Origin: Myxococcota bacterium
Lineage (GTDB): Bacteria > Myxococcota_A > UBA9160 > UBA6930
DNA: 64,000 bases
NCBI GenBank assembly: GCA_965223705.1
Contig: OZ245015.1
Location: forward strand, 2,432,001 to 2,496,000
Reading direction: 5' to 3'
In this document: positions 20,501 to 29,084 of the stretch, one piece after another
Layout of the letters: each line of letters opens with the position of its first letter
Position numbering within the stretch: position 1 is the first letter of the stretch
Program-made: the position numbers and the translations under genes
The notes under the pieces: model-generated
The model's database searches: none
Seen by the model: only the letters and a program-made list of their open reading frames with translations
Told to the model about the DNA's origin: nothing

Positions 20501-20945
20501 ACATGACCCCTCGGCACTCCGGGTCGAAGCGAACATCTTTCGCTACCGCCCTCACCCGGCCGTGGCCGTTCGCCTCGAAGCGAACGGCTCCCTTCGCGAT
20601 GCCGCACGCGTGCTGATCGCGGCTCACGCCTCGGGTGCAGGCCTCGATCTCAGCGCAGCGCCGGAATGCCTGCCGGCTTGGGGTGGCGCTCTCGGGTTCC
20701 AAGAAGAAGAGCTCGCCGAGCTTTTGGGACGCCTCGGGCCCGGCTCCCGACTTCGCGTCGTGGGAAGCATCGACAGCGCGGCGCGTGTGCGCGCACAGGC
20801 CGGGGAGATCGAAGTGCTCGACCGGGCGGTTACCGTCGCCGGCGAGCTCGAATTGCCGCTCTATCTACGCGAACAATCCGTGAGCCGCACGCTTCATCGG
20901 TACGGAAACCTTCTGAGCGAAGCGGCGGCGCGTCGCGAGCACTAA
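17565..20945 (+). CDS. putA: Bifunctional proline dehydrogenase / glutamate-5-semialdehyde dehydrogenase
   Basis: NLDMEEY, VRLVKGA, YLFRRLEEN, PPWNFP, ETSGKN, GQKCSA, QPFGG. Confidence 0.95.
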   Translation: MVSPVPADAADQLADAAVERVVRWLEEGASQSRAADGRRSAQLAKLVSDPEAMAFTMRFVDRVARPESDRAAAHQLEVLTRRHAPPAFLGALDRALLRLGGWLAPFVPDVVLPAARRRMRSLVGHLVTDADPEALAQHLRAQRNAGFAINLNLLGEAVLGEREAERRFGRTLALIRDPSVDYVSVKISAITGRINLWAYDDTLARVSARLAALFDAAGESPVTFVNLDMEEYRDLDLTLDAFTQLLDERPRLSAGVVLQAYLPDTFPALCRLVAWSTKRAASGGADIKVRLVKGANLAMERVEAELHGWEQAPYETKHETDANYKRCLDWVLQPERLSGLSIGIASHNLFDVAWSHELATARKVADRVAFEMLQGMAPAGAEAVRQSTGSMLLYTPVVARDDFDVAISYLFRRLEENAAEHHFLRAAFSLEPGTPAFCEEERRFRASLAARNEVADEPQRRARREAPEHAGFYNAPSGDSALAETRAWAKNAVATLPVSLTEPLILEESEVSRRLEKAREAGLAWRERTPSQRADVLRGIASGFEAARGDLASVLVHEAGKTIVEADAEICEAIDFARYYAESAEALATRDPALSFRPFGVVAVIPPWNFPVAIPAGGALAALAAGNAVVLKPAPETPRCARLVAELCWNSGVPADALQYVRTPDDAVGRYLVTQVDAVILTGSFETAELFRSWKPEMRLFAETSGKNAIVITPHADLDQAVGDLVSSAFGHAGQKCSAASLAILVGDVFTSERFRRQLRDATESLVVGPADRLETDMGALLRPPEGPLRRALTDPEANWFVRPRAIGDDDRLYTPGVLDSVAPGSWFHCTECFGPVLGLMAARDLDHALALQNATPFGLTGGIQSLDPDEVDYWLDRVECGNAYVNRGITGAIVRRQPFGGWKRSCVGPGAKAGGPNYVTQLGVSASTDVPAGRRPPSDEIVDLVELLGRGMDETDAAWLREAAEHDAYCLAEHYSREHDPSALRVEANIFRYRPHPAVAVRLEANGSLRDAARVLIAAHASGAGLDLSAAPECLPAWGGALGFQEEELAELLGRLGPGSRLRVVGSIDSAARVRAQAGEIEVLDRAVTVAGELELPLYLREQSVSRTLHRYGNLLSEAAARREH

Positions 20946-21859
20946 CTCGTCGCCTCTCCGGTGCGTCCTTCGAGTATTTCGGAGGCGCCGAGCGTGTGGA
21001 GCCGCTCGATGTCTTCCCGGTACTTGAGGAGACAACCGGCGGTGTCGAGCAGAACCTCGTCGCTCAGCTCATCGACCCCGAGCCCGAGGAGCGCACATCC
21101 CCAGTCGAGGGTCTCGGCGATGCCCGGACGCTTGTAGAAATCGACGCGACGCAACGTCTGCATCACTTCGGTGATTCGATCGGCCAAACGCGCCTCGAGG
21201 CCGGGGACGCGACGCAAAACGATTTCGCGTTCTTTTTCGCGCGACGGGTAGTCCATCCACAGGTAGAGGCAGCGCCGCTTCAGGGCGTCGTTCAATTCTC
21301 GCGTGCGATTCGACGTCAGAACCACGAACGGGCGCTTCTCCGCCCGAAACGTCCCGAGCTCGGGGACCGTAACTTGGAAATCCGACAGGACTTCGAGCAA
21401 GAAGGCTTCGAACTCTTCATCGGCGCGGTCGACTTCGTCAATGAGGAGGACCGCCGGTCGGGGGCCGTCGTGGCGTATCGCCTGAAGCAAGGGCCTGGCG
21501 AGGAGGAATTCGTCGCCGAACAGATCCCGTGACAGCGCTTCTCGCTGTTTCGGGTCGTCTTCCGCCAAGCGGATCGCCAGCATCTGCCGGGCGTAATTCC
21601 ACTCGTAGAGCGTCGAACTCGCGTCGAGCCCCTCGTAGCACTGAAGCCGGATGAGCGGCGAATCGAGGACCGCGGCCATCACCTTCGCGACCTCGGTCTT
21701 CCCGACTCCGGCCTCACCCTCGAGGAGGATCGGTTTCTCGAGATCGCGGGCGAGCTTGATCGTAAGCGCCAGTGAGCGCTCCGCGATATAGCGATGTTGC
21801 GCGAAAGCCGACTGCACCGAGTCGACAGAAGCGAACGCTTGTTGCCAGGGCTCATCCAC
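20942..21859 (-). CDS. MoxR-family AAA+ ATPase (CoxD-like)
   Basis: GEAGVGKT Walker A, RLQCYEG, LLIDEVDRAD, DALKRRC. Confidence 0.92.
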   Translation of the reverse strand: MDEPWQQAFASVDSVQSAFAQHRYIAERSLALTIKLARDLEKPILLEGEAGVGKTEVAKVMAAVLDSPLIRLQCYEGLDASSTLYEWNYARQMLAIRLAEDDPKQREALSRDLFGDEFLLARPLLQAIRHDGPRPAVLLIDEVDRADEEFEAFLLEVLSDFQVTVPELGTFRAEKRPFVVLTSNRTRELNDALKRRCLYLWMDYPSREKEREIVLRRVPGLEARLADRITEVMQTLRRVDFYKRPGIAETLDWGCALLGLGVDELSDEVLLDTAGCLLKYREDIERLHTLGASEILEGRTGEATS

Positions 21860-21896
21860 CGGAGTTCTCTTTCCTCGCGAGATCAGGAGTCGTAGC

Positions 21897-23147
21897 TCAG
21901 CGTTCTCCCCGGTGCAGCACCCCGCGCGACTCCAACTGCTGAACCTCCGCCTGCGGCATATCGAGCAGCTCGCCGAGGACGGCGCCGTTGTGTTCGCCGA
22001 GTAGCGGCGCGATCAAGTCGGCTTCTTCCGGAAACGCGGAGAACTTGAAGGGCACGCCGGGAATCGTGACCTCGCCGAGCACGGGGTCGGGCACGTCGCG
22101 GACCATCCGGCGCGCCAGAAAATGCGGGTGCCGCATCGTCTCCTGGATGCTCAGTACAGGCCCAGCCGGTACCCGATGCGCGGCGAGCGCCTCGAGCGCG
22201 GCTTCGTCCGAGGGAAAGCTCTGGAGCCAGCGCTCGACCTCGGGAACAAGCTCTTCGCGGCGTGCGGCCCGGGCCTCGGCCTTGGCGTAGTCGGGGTGGG
22301 TGGCGAGCTCGGGCCGGCCCATGGCGCGCGCCATTCCGGGCCACTGGCGATCGAGCACCAGAATGACGATGTACCCGTCCGGGCCGCGAAAGACGCCTTG
22401 TGGGCATGAGTGCGGGTGGTGGATCCCGGACCGCATCGGTTCGTAGCTGCCGCCGCTCGTCGCGTACATCTGAACCTCGAGCGACTGCATGTGGTAGAGC
22501 GAATCGACCATCGAGATGTCGACGAACTGCCCCTGCCCGGTGCGCTCGCGGTGGAGCAGCGCGTACCCCAGGGCTCCGAAAGCGGTCACGCCCGCGATCC
22601 CGTCGGCAAGGGCCACCCCGACGTAGCGAGGAGGCCCGTCCGGGTCGCCCGTCATGTGCATCACCCCTGCGTACGCCTGGCCGATGTAGTCGTATCCGGT
22701 CAGATGTGAGAGCGGTCCTTCGCGGCCGAACACGGAGACCGAGCACGCGATGATTCCCGGGTGAAGCGCGCGGAGTCCGTCGTAGTCGAGCCCGCGCTTG
22801 CTGAGGACTCCGGGGCCGTAGTTCTCGATCACCACATCGACCTTCGGTACCAATGCGCGGATCAATTCGACGCCTTCGTCACTGCGAAAGTCGACGCAGA
22901 GACTCTTCTTACCCCGGTTCTGCTGGATGTAGTACGCGCTGCGACCGTCCTTCACGAACGGGAGCGCGCGCGCTGGGTCCCCGTCGGTCGCTTGCTCCAC
23001 CTTGATCACTTCGGCCCCCAATTCGGCGAGGAGCCTCGTTGCCGTAGGGCCCGCGAGGTATTGCGTGAAGTCCAGAATCCGGGTTCCGGCCAGGAGCCCC
23101 TGGCCTTCGATCGCGTTGCCGTCCACGGCACGGTACCTACCATGCAT
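21897..23147 (-). CDS. Family III CoA-transferase (CaiB/BaiF)
   Basis: QYLAGP, GAEVIKVE, NRGKKS, APLLGEHN. The start may be GTG 23126. Confidence 0.92.
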   Translation of the reverse strand: MHGRYRAVDGNAIEGQGLLAGTRILDFTQYLAGPTATRLLAELGAEVIKVEQATDGDPARALPFVKDGRSAYYIQQNRGKKSLCVDFRSDEGVELIRALVPKVDVVIENYGPGVLSKRGLDYDGLRALHPGIIACSVSVFGREGPLSHLTGYDYIGQAYAGVMHMTGDPDGPPRYVGVALADGIAGVTAFGALGYALLHRERTGQGQFVDISMVDSLYHMQSLEVQMYATSGGSYEPMRSGIHHPHSCPQGVFRGPDGYIVILVLDRQWPGMARAMGRPELATHPDYAKAEARAARREELVPEVERWLQSFPSDEAALEALAAHRVPAGPVLSIQETMRHPHFLARRMVRDVPDPVLGEVTIPGVPFKFSAFPEEADLIAPLLGEHNGAVLGELLDMPQAEVQQLESRGVLHRGER

Positions 23148-23152
23148 GCGGG

Positions 23153-23980
23153 ATGGGGCTCAAGGCTTTCGATCGAAAGTTCGGAACAGAACTACTGCGC
23201 GAGCTACCCGCGGAGCCCGCGGTCTACTTGTTCAAAGATGAAGACGAGCGGGTTCTCTACGTCGGGCAGTCGAGCAACATCCGGCGGCGCTTGCGAGACT
23301 ACCGGAACGCGAGCCGGCGAAAAGCACACCGAAAGATGCGCGCCCTGGTCCGCGATGCGCACGCCATCGAGATCCGCTTGCAGCCGACCCAGCGCGACGC
23401 CCTCCTGCTCGAGAATGAGCTCATTCGCACGCTGCGCCCACCGCGGAACGTCGACGGAGCGTTCAGTTTCCTCTACCCGGCGCTCGGGACGGCTCGTTCG
23501 GAAGGTTGCGTGCTGATCTGCGTCACTCCAGAAATCGAACCCTTCGAGCGCTTCGACTTTCGTTGGTTCGGCAGCTTCCGCTCACGGGAGCGGACGCGAG
23601 CCGCGTTCTCGGCGCTCGTCCGGCTCGCCGAATGGCTCGGACACCCCGAGCCGCTCTCGCGTCTACCGGACCGGCCGCGCGTCCGCGGCTCGAGCCTTCG
23701 CGCGTTTCGTCGGCTCGAGACCTGGCGGGAGGACATGGACCACTTCCTCAGCGGCGAGGACAGCGGCCTCCCCCAGCGCATCGCCGAAGCCCTTCTCGCA
23801 AAACCCGATGCCCGTCTCGACGCGGCCAATGTCGGTGAGGATCTGCGCGAACTCGAATCTTTCTGGCATAGCGATATCGCACCGCTTCGCGGCGCGATGG
23901 TGACTACGGGACGGTCTCGCTCGTTTGTCCCGCAAGACGAACGGGACGCGCTGTTCATTTCGGCCCGAACCCGGACCTAG
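23153..23980 (+). CDS. GIY-YIG nuclease family protein (UvrC N-terminal-like)
   Basis: LPAEPAVYLF...LYVGQSSNIRRRL...ALLLENELI..P.N. Confidence 0.85.
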   Translation: MGLKAFDRKFGTELLRELPAEPAVYLFKDEDERVLYVGQSSNIRRRLRDYRNASRRKAHRKMRALVRDAHAIEIRLQPTQRDALLLENELIRTLRPPRNVDGAFSFLYPALGTARSEGCVLICVTPEIEPFERFDFRWFGSFRSRERTRAAFSALVRLAEWLGHPEPLSRLPDRPRVRGSSLRAFRRLETWREDMDHFLSGEDSGLPQRIAEALLAKPDARLDAANVGEDLRELESFWHSDIAPLRGAMVTTGRSRSFVPQDERDALFISARTRT

Positions 23981-23989
23981 AGCCTGGGG

Positions 23990-24418
23990 CTATTCCGGAA
24001 GCTCCTCTCCCGAGCCCCCCATCTCCGCCGGCACATCCTTTTGTTTGACGATCCCATCGTGGATCCGCAGGACCGTCTCTTCGTAGAAGACGTGCACGCC
24101 GGGCTGAAACGGGTAGTCCGGGATCACGGCTGCGTACACGTCGGTAAGCCCCATTCCGGGATGCTCCGTGAACACGTGGCCGCCGCAAGTCTTGCACCAC
24201 TTGCGCGCGCTGTTTTCGGTCTTGTTGTAGGTACCGATGTTCTCCGCACCCTTCGTCACCTGAACCGCATCCGGCGGCCAGAGCGTAAACGCATTCACCG
24301 GCCCGGCCGACCAATGACGGCACGATTCGCAGTGGCAGTAGCCCATCGCTGCCGGATCTCCGCTAACCGTGAGTTGAACGGCGCCGCAAAAGCAGCTGCC
24401 CTGGGTGGTCTTTGACAT
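23990..24418 (-). CDS. GFA/CENP-V family zinc protein
   Basis: GSCFCGAV, CHCESCR, CKTCG. Confidence 0.92.
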   Translation of the reverse strand: MSKTTQGSCFCGAVQLTVSGDPAAMGYCHCESCRHWSAGPVNAFTLWPPDAVQVTKGAENIGTYNKTENSARKWCKTCGGHVFTEHPGMGLTDVYAAVIPDYPFQPGVHVFYEETVLRIHDGIVKQKDVPAEMGGSGEELPE

Positions 24419-24487
24419 GTGCCCTCCTCTGGGGCTTCCAGTGTACCTCCGACGCGCCCGCCTGCGGCGAGTTCCGTCGGAGGGCCC

Positions 24488-25282
24488 TCACTTGGCCTCG
24501 GCCAACCGCTCGCGCACGCGATCGGGGCTATCGACGGTTCGACTCTCGTACAACCGTCGACCGACGAGCCGCAGGGTTTTCGCGATGGTCGGAAGCACGT
24601 CCATCTTGCTGTGGCCCACGCGCCCCGCGTACTCGAGCTCGATGGGAACCTCGCTCGCATCGACGCCGACGGCGCGCAAGCGCAGCAGCAAATCCATGAC
24701 CGCCTCGAAGCCCCGCGCATCGGTGAGCTCGCGGCCGAACGCCCGCTGGGCGCGCCGGAGCGTCGCTGCGCGGTAAGCGCGAAAGCAGCAGGTGTAGTCG
24801 TGGACCCCGGGAACGGGGAGGAGTCGGCGAAGCAGGACACGGGCGCCGTGGGAGAGCCCGGTCCGGAAGGGCGGAACTCCGGAAACGCGGGCGCCCGGCT
24901 GATAGCGGGAGGCGATCACGAGTTCTTTCCCGTCCTCGATTTTGGCGACTAGTTGGGGCAGGAGCCGCGGGGGATGGGTTCCGTCGGCATCGAGTGTGAC
25001 GATGACGTCGTCATCGTCACTCCCGCCCAAGATGTGCGCAAAACCGGTACAGAGCGCCGCGCCCAAGCCGCGGTTACGCCGGTGCCGCTCGACCTCGAAG
25101 AGCGCGTCGGGATGACGAGCCGCCTCTTCTCGCGCCACCGCGACCGTTGCATCGGTACTCCCGTCGTCGACGAGGAGGACGGCCGCGGGGCCTCCCATTT
25201 GGCGGAGCACCGCGAAGAGGTCCCGGAGCAGCGGTCCGATCACCGGCGCTTCGTTGTACGCGCACAAGAGGACGCGAATCAT
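24488..25282 (-). CDS. GT2 glycosyltransferase (polyprenol-phosphate-sugar synthase-like)
   Basis: AYNE, VDDGSTD, NRGLG, LDADGTH, ASRY; ATGA-coupled to the upstream gene. Confidence 0.9.
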   Translation of the reverse strand: MIRVLLCAYNEAPVIGPLLRDLFAVLRQMGGPAAVLLVDDGSTDATVAVAREEAARHPDALFEVERHRRNRGLGAALCTGFAHILGGSDDDDVIVTLDADGTHPPRLLPQLVAKIEDGKELVIASRYQPGARVSGVPPFRTGLSHGARVLLRRLLPVPGVHDYTCCFRAYRAATLRRAQRAFGRELTDARGFEAVMDLLLRLRAVGVDASEVPIELEYAGRVGHSKMDVLPTIAKTLRLVGRRLYESRTVDSPDRVRERLAEAK

Positions 25283-26649
25283 CCGGTGGCCTCGGCCGCG
25301 GCTGGAAGGCTCGCCACCCACTCCTCCACCAATTCGCAGCACGAGTTCCACGAATTGACGCGCGGGTAGAGTTGGGTCGTCGAGAGCGAATAGAGTCGCC
25401 CCGGGATGGCCTCAAAGGGCGGGCGGTTCGCCAGCGCCCCCCGTCGCCAGATCGGTTCGACGAACGGCGCGCGAAAAAGCCGCGCGGCCTTCACCTTGGG
25501 TTCGACGCGGGGATAGAGTCGCGAGAGATCCCGGCGGTAGGCGTCGAGCAGGGACGCGTCCGACCGCCTGTAGAACTCGCTATCGCGATGACAGTAGTTC
25601 ACGAAGTAGCTCACGTGGTTTCCGCGTGTGCGCTCGAGCGGGAGCAGGTTGGACATCTCCACGACCCCCTGAGCGGTCGCACCCGAGTCGACAAAGGGAG
25701 TCCAGTAGTTGTTCGACAGCGGGCGATCGAGGACCAGGACTCCGCAGATCACGCCCTGGTAGTCGAGATCCTGCCCGCGGAACGACGGTGCGATGGAAAG
25801 CCCGGCCGCGAGCTTTTGAAACAGCGGGAGCGGAGCCGTGCAGACCGCGAAATCGAAAGACGCCTCCGACCGATGATCGAACCGAATCGAGACGCTGTCG
25901 TCGCGCAGCGCAAAACCCTTCGCAGGGCTGCGGAACTCGATCGTTCCCCCGAGCTCCCGCAATCGCTTCTCGATCGCCTCGGTCAGGGAGCGGTATCCGC
26001 CGCGTAAGAAACCTTTTCGCTCGGGGCCCGTGTTCTTCTCGCGGTGGAGGCGACTCGTGACCCAGAGCGCGGGCACGGTGCGGGCAGCGTCGCCGAGCTT
26101 GGCGCGCAGGAGAGGCTCCCAGACGGTTCGGTAGGCCCGTTCACCGGCGAGACGACGAAGCCACGACTCTGCCGTGACGCCATCGAGGCTCGGGGACGTT
26201 CCCCGGAACCGCGCCCACAGCGCGAGCGCCGCCAGGCGCAACCGCTCGTCGAGCCGGAGCGGTGAAAAGCGCAGGAGGTCCCGCGGCGTGTTCAACGGAT
26301 AGAGCGCGCCCTCGACCATGAAACCCATGCGGGTCTCGCGCCAGGCCACGGAATTTTCGAGGCCGACGTCCGTGACGAGTTGTAGAAGCGCTGCATCGCT
26401 AGGGAGTAAACAGTGATAGAAGCGCTCGATTTCCAACGCTTTTTCTCTTGACCCACCCTCACCGTCCAGAGCGAGGGAGACCGCGTCCCCGAGGCCCCCC
26501 AGATGGTCAGAGGCTTCGAAGACGGTGACCTCGCAGCCCCGTTCGGCGAGTCGAAGCCCGGCCGCCAACCCGGTAATTCCAGCTCCGACGATGCCCGCAC
26601 GGGCAGGCCTATGGGCAGGGCGTTGCAAAATGGAACCGAGTTCTATCAT
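25279..26649 (-). CDS. FAD-dependent oxidoreductase (protoporphyrinogen oxidase-like)
   Basis: IVGAGITGLAA, FEASDHLGGL, ERFYH. Start uncertain. Confidence 0.85.
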   Translation of the reverse strand: MIELGSILQRPAHRPARAGIVGAGITGLAAGLRLAERGCEVTVFEASDHLGGLGDAVSLALDGEGGSREKALEIERFYHCLLPSDAALLQLVTDVGLENSVAWRETRMGFMVEGALYPLNTPRDLLRFSPLRLDERLRLAALALWARFRGTSPSLDGVTAESWLRRLAGERAYRTVWEPLLRAKLGDAARTVPALWVTSRLHREKNTGPERKGFLRGGYRSLTEAIEKRLRELGGTIEFRSPAKGFALRDDSVSIRFDHRSEASFDFAVCTAPLPLFQKLAAGLSIAPSFRGQDLDYQGVICGVLVLDRPLSNNYWTPFVDSGATAQGVVEMSNLLPLERTRGNHVSYFVNYCHRDSEFYRRSDASLLDAYRRDLSRLYPRVEPKVKAARLFRAPFVEPIWRRGALANRPPFEAIPGRLYSLSTTQLYPRVNSWNSCCELVEEWVASLPAAAEATG

Positions 26650-26686
26650 TTGGGTGATTAATATCACATGTTAACTTGGGTCCGCC

Positions 26687-27601
26687 GTGAGCCCCGAGAT
26701 CCTCGAGAATCTGCCCATCGCCACCGTGAGCGTCGACGTGGACCCGCTCGATATCCATCTCCGCGGGTACGGGGTCGATGGTTTGAAACCAGACACGCTC
26801 GCCTACGACACCGCCGTCCCGCGTCTGCTCGGACACTTCGCGGGCGCCGACATACGGGCCACGTTCTTCTTTGTCGCCCGCGACGCCAAACGTACGCGGG
26901 CGACGATCCGCCGGGTCGCGGACGCCGGCCACGAAATTGCCAGCCACTCGATGACGCACCCCGAACACTTGTCGGAGGTCCGACCGAAGGTGTTGCGGCG
27001 CGAACTGCGTGCCTCGCGCAAGCGCCTCGAGGACGTGGCCGGCAGATCGGTCGCGGGATTCCGCGCGCCCAATTGGGATCTCACCCCCGCGATTGCCGAA
27101 GCGCTTTCCGAGGCCGGCTACCGCTACGACGCGTCGGGTTACCCCACCCCGCTTCTCGCGGCGGCGCGGCTTCTCGTCGCAGCGAAATCCCGCCGCGTCC
27201 CCCACCGTCGCTCACTTTTTCCCGCAAACTGGCAGCGGCGTCCCCACCACTGGGAAATCGGTGGTTCCTCGCTCCGGCAGTTTCCGGTCACGGTGACACC
27301 GTGGTTGCGTTGGCCGGTCTACCACACAGCCGCTCTCCTCTTCGGCGGCGCCCGAACAGCTCGCCAGCTCGAGCAGATCGCCGAGGCCGGCGACACACTC
27401 TCCTATCCGCTCCACGCCGTCGATGTCCTCGGCTTGCAAGAGGACGGGATCGACGCTCGGCTCGCGCGCCACCCGGGCATGCGACGGCCGTTGGCCGAGA
27501 AACGCGGGCTGTTGGCGCGCATTCTCGAGATGATCGGCGAACGGTTCGAAACCCGGACTTTCATCGAGCGGCTCGACGAGGCCACCAGCGCCGCCGCCTG
27601 A
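26687..27601 (+). CDS. Polysaccharide deacetylase family protein
   Basis: SVDVD, ATFF, GHEIASHSMTH, GFRAP, YDAS. Confidence 0.88.
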   Translation: MSPEILENLPIATVSVDVDPLDIHLRGYGVDGLKPDTLAYDTAVPRLLGHFAGADIRATFFFVARDAKRTRATIRRVADAGHEIASHSMTHPEHLSEVRPKVLRRELRASRKRLEDVAGRSVAGFRAPNWDLTPAIAEALSEAGYRYDASGYPTPLLAAARLLVAAKSRRVPHRRSLFPANWQRRPHHWEIGGSSLRQFPVTVTPWLRWPVYHTAALLFGGARTARQLEQIAEAGDTLSYPLHAVDVLGLQEDGIDARLARHPGMRRPLAEKRGLLARILEMIGERFETRTFIERLDEATSAAA

Positions 27602-27636
27602 GCGGGTATGCTTCTTCTCGAACCGAAGGAGCACCT

Positions 27637-28623
27637 GTGGACCATTCAAAATTCGGCCTCTTCCTCGCCGGCGGCGACATCGAGCAAATCAAGCGCGACG
27701 CCCGGCTCGCAGAGACGTTGGGGTACTACTCGATCACCACCAACGATCACTTTTTCTCGCCGTTCGGCACAGCGGAGACGCCACAACTCGAGTGCTTCAC
27801 CTTGCTGACGGTGATCGCATCGGTGACCGAGCGTGTGCGCATCGGCCCCACGGTGGCGGCGGCTTCTTTCCGAACCCCGGCGATGCTGGCGAAGATCGCC
27901 AGCACTCTCGATGTCGCGAGCGGCGGACGTCTCGAGTTGGGACTCGGCTCGGGCTGGTTGCCCACCGAGTATCGCGCCCACGGCTACCCCTTCCCGAGCA
28001 CCCCCGAGCGCTTGGCCCAGCTCGCGGAAACCGTGCAGATCGTGAAGGCGATGTGGACGGAGGAAAAGCCTTCCTTCCGAGGCGAGTATTTCGAGATCGA
28101 TGGCGCGCTGAACCAGCCGCGCCCGCTGCAGCGCCCGCATCCACCGCTCATGCTCGGCGGGTCCGGAACCGGGCTCCTGCGTATCGCGGCGCAGCACGCG
28201 AATATCATCAATCTCATTCCGCCGACGGGCGACGGCAAGGACTTCCCGAACGACCCGCAAGCCACCCTTCGATTCGATACCGCGCGGATGAAGGAGCGCA
28301 TTGCGCGCCTGCGGGAGCTCACCGAGGAAGCGGGCCGCAAGCCCGACGAAATCGAACTCTCCGGGCTCGTCCTGTTGTGCGTCGGCAAGACCGAGGGGGA
28401 TGCGGCACCCAGAGAAGTGGCGACGAGTTTGGGATTCCCCGACTACGCCACGGCGCAACGGTCGCCGGTGGTCCTCCTCGGGACTCCCGCCGAGATCCGG
28501 GATCAGCTCGAGCAATACATCGGAGAGACCGGGGTCCGGTATACGATCGTGGCCGGCACGACGCCCGATTCCGCGCAGCGGTTCGGCGAAGAGGTACTGC
28601 CCGCGTTCTCCGGAGCGTCGTGA
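27637..28623 (+). CDS. LLM-class (probably F420-dependent) oxidoreductase
   Basis: NDHF, LAKIASTLDVASGGRLELGLGSGW, PRPLQRPHPPLMLGG; GTG start after AAGGAG. Confidence 0.9.
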   Translation: MDHSKFGLFLAGGDIEQIKRDARLAETLGYYSITTNDHFFSPFGTAETPQLECFTLLTVIASVTERVRIGPTVAAASFRTPAMLAKIASTLDVASGGRLELGLGSGWLPTEYRAHGYPFPSTPERLAQLAETVQIVKAMWTEEKPSFRGEYFEIDGALNQPRPLQRPHPPLMLGGSGTGLLRIAAQHANIINLIPPTGDGKDFPNDPQATLRFDTARMKERIARLRELTEEAGRKPDEIELSGLVLLCVGKTEGDAAPREVATSLGFPDYATAQRSPVVLLGTPAEIRDQLEQYIGETGVRYTIVAGTTPDSAQRFGEEVLPAFSGAS

Positions 28624-29033
28624 ACGCAGTCGCGGTCGCGCTCCTTGTATCGCTCGTCGCGTGTAGCCCGGATACGCCACCGCCGGCGATCGACTGGAGC
28701 GCCCACCACGCGACCGAAGCGGGGTTCTACCACGTGGTTCTGCGGCCGGTGGACGGCGAGACGCCTGTCGGGAAGATCCACGAGTGGGAGGTCACCGTCT
28801 ACGATCCAGACGGTGGACCCGTCGAGCCGCATTCTCTCTCCGTCGACGGCGGAATGCCCCAACACGGCCACGGGCTGGTGACCGCGCCACGCGTCACCAA
28901 GAAACTCGGACCGGGGAAGTTCCTGATCGAAGGCGTGAAGTTCCACATGCCGGGGCGTTGGGTGTTCAACCTGGGGATCTCGGGTCCGCTCGGCCGCGAC
29001 CTCCTGCGACTCGAGCTGGACGTCGGGCCCTGA
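28620..29033 (+). CDS. YtkA/FixH-like lipoprotein
   Basis: Lipobox LVAC; GGMPQHGHG and FHMPGRW motifs. Confidence 0.75.
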   Translation: MNAVAVALLVSLVACSPDTPPPAIDWSAHHATEAGFYHVVLRPVDGETPVGKIHEWEVTVYDPDGGPVEPHSLSVDGGMPQHGHGLVTAPRVTKKLGPGKFLIEGVKFHMPGRWVFNLGISGPLGRDLLRLELDVGP

Positions 29034-29084
29034 GGACGATCGATCGAGACCGCCGGCAAAACGGCAGGCCTCGCCCGAGACTTC

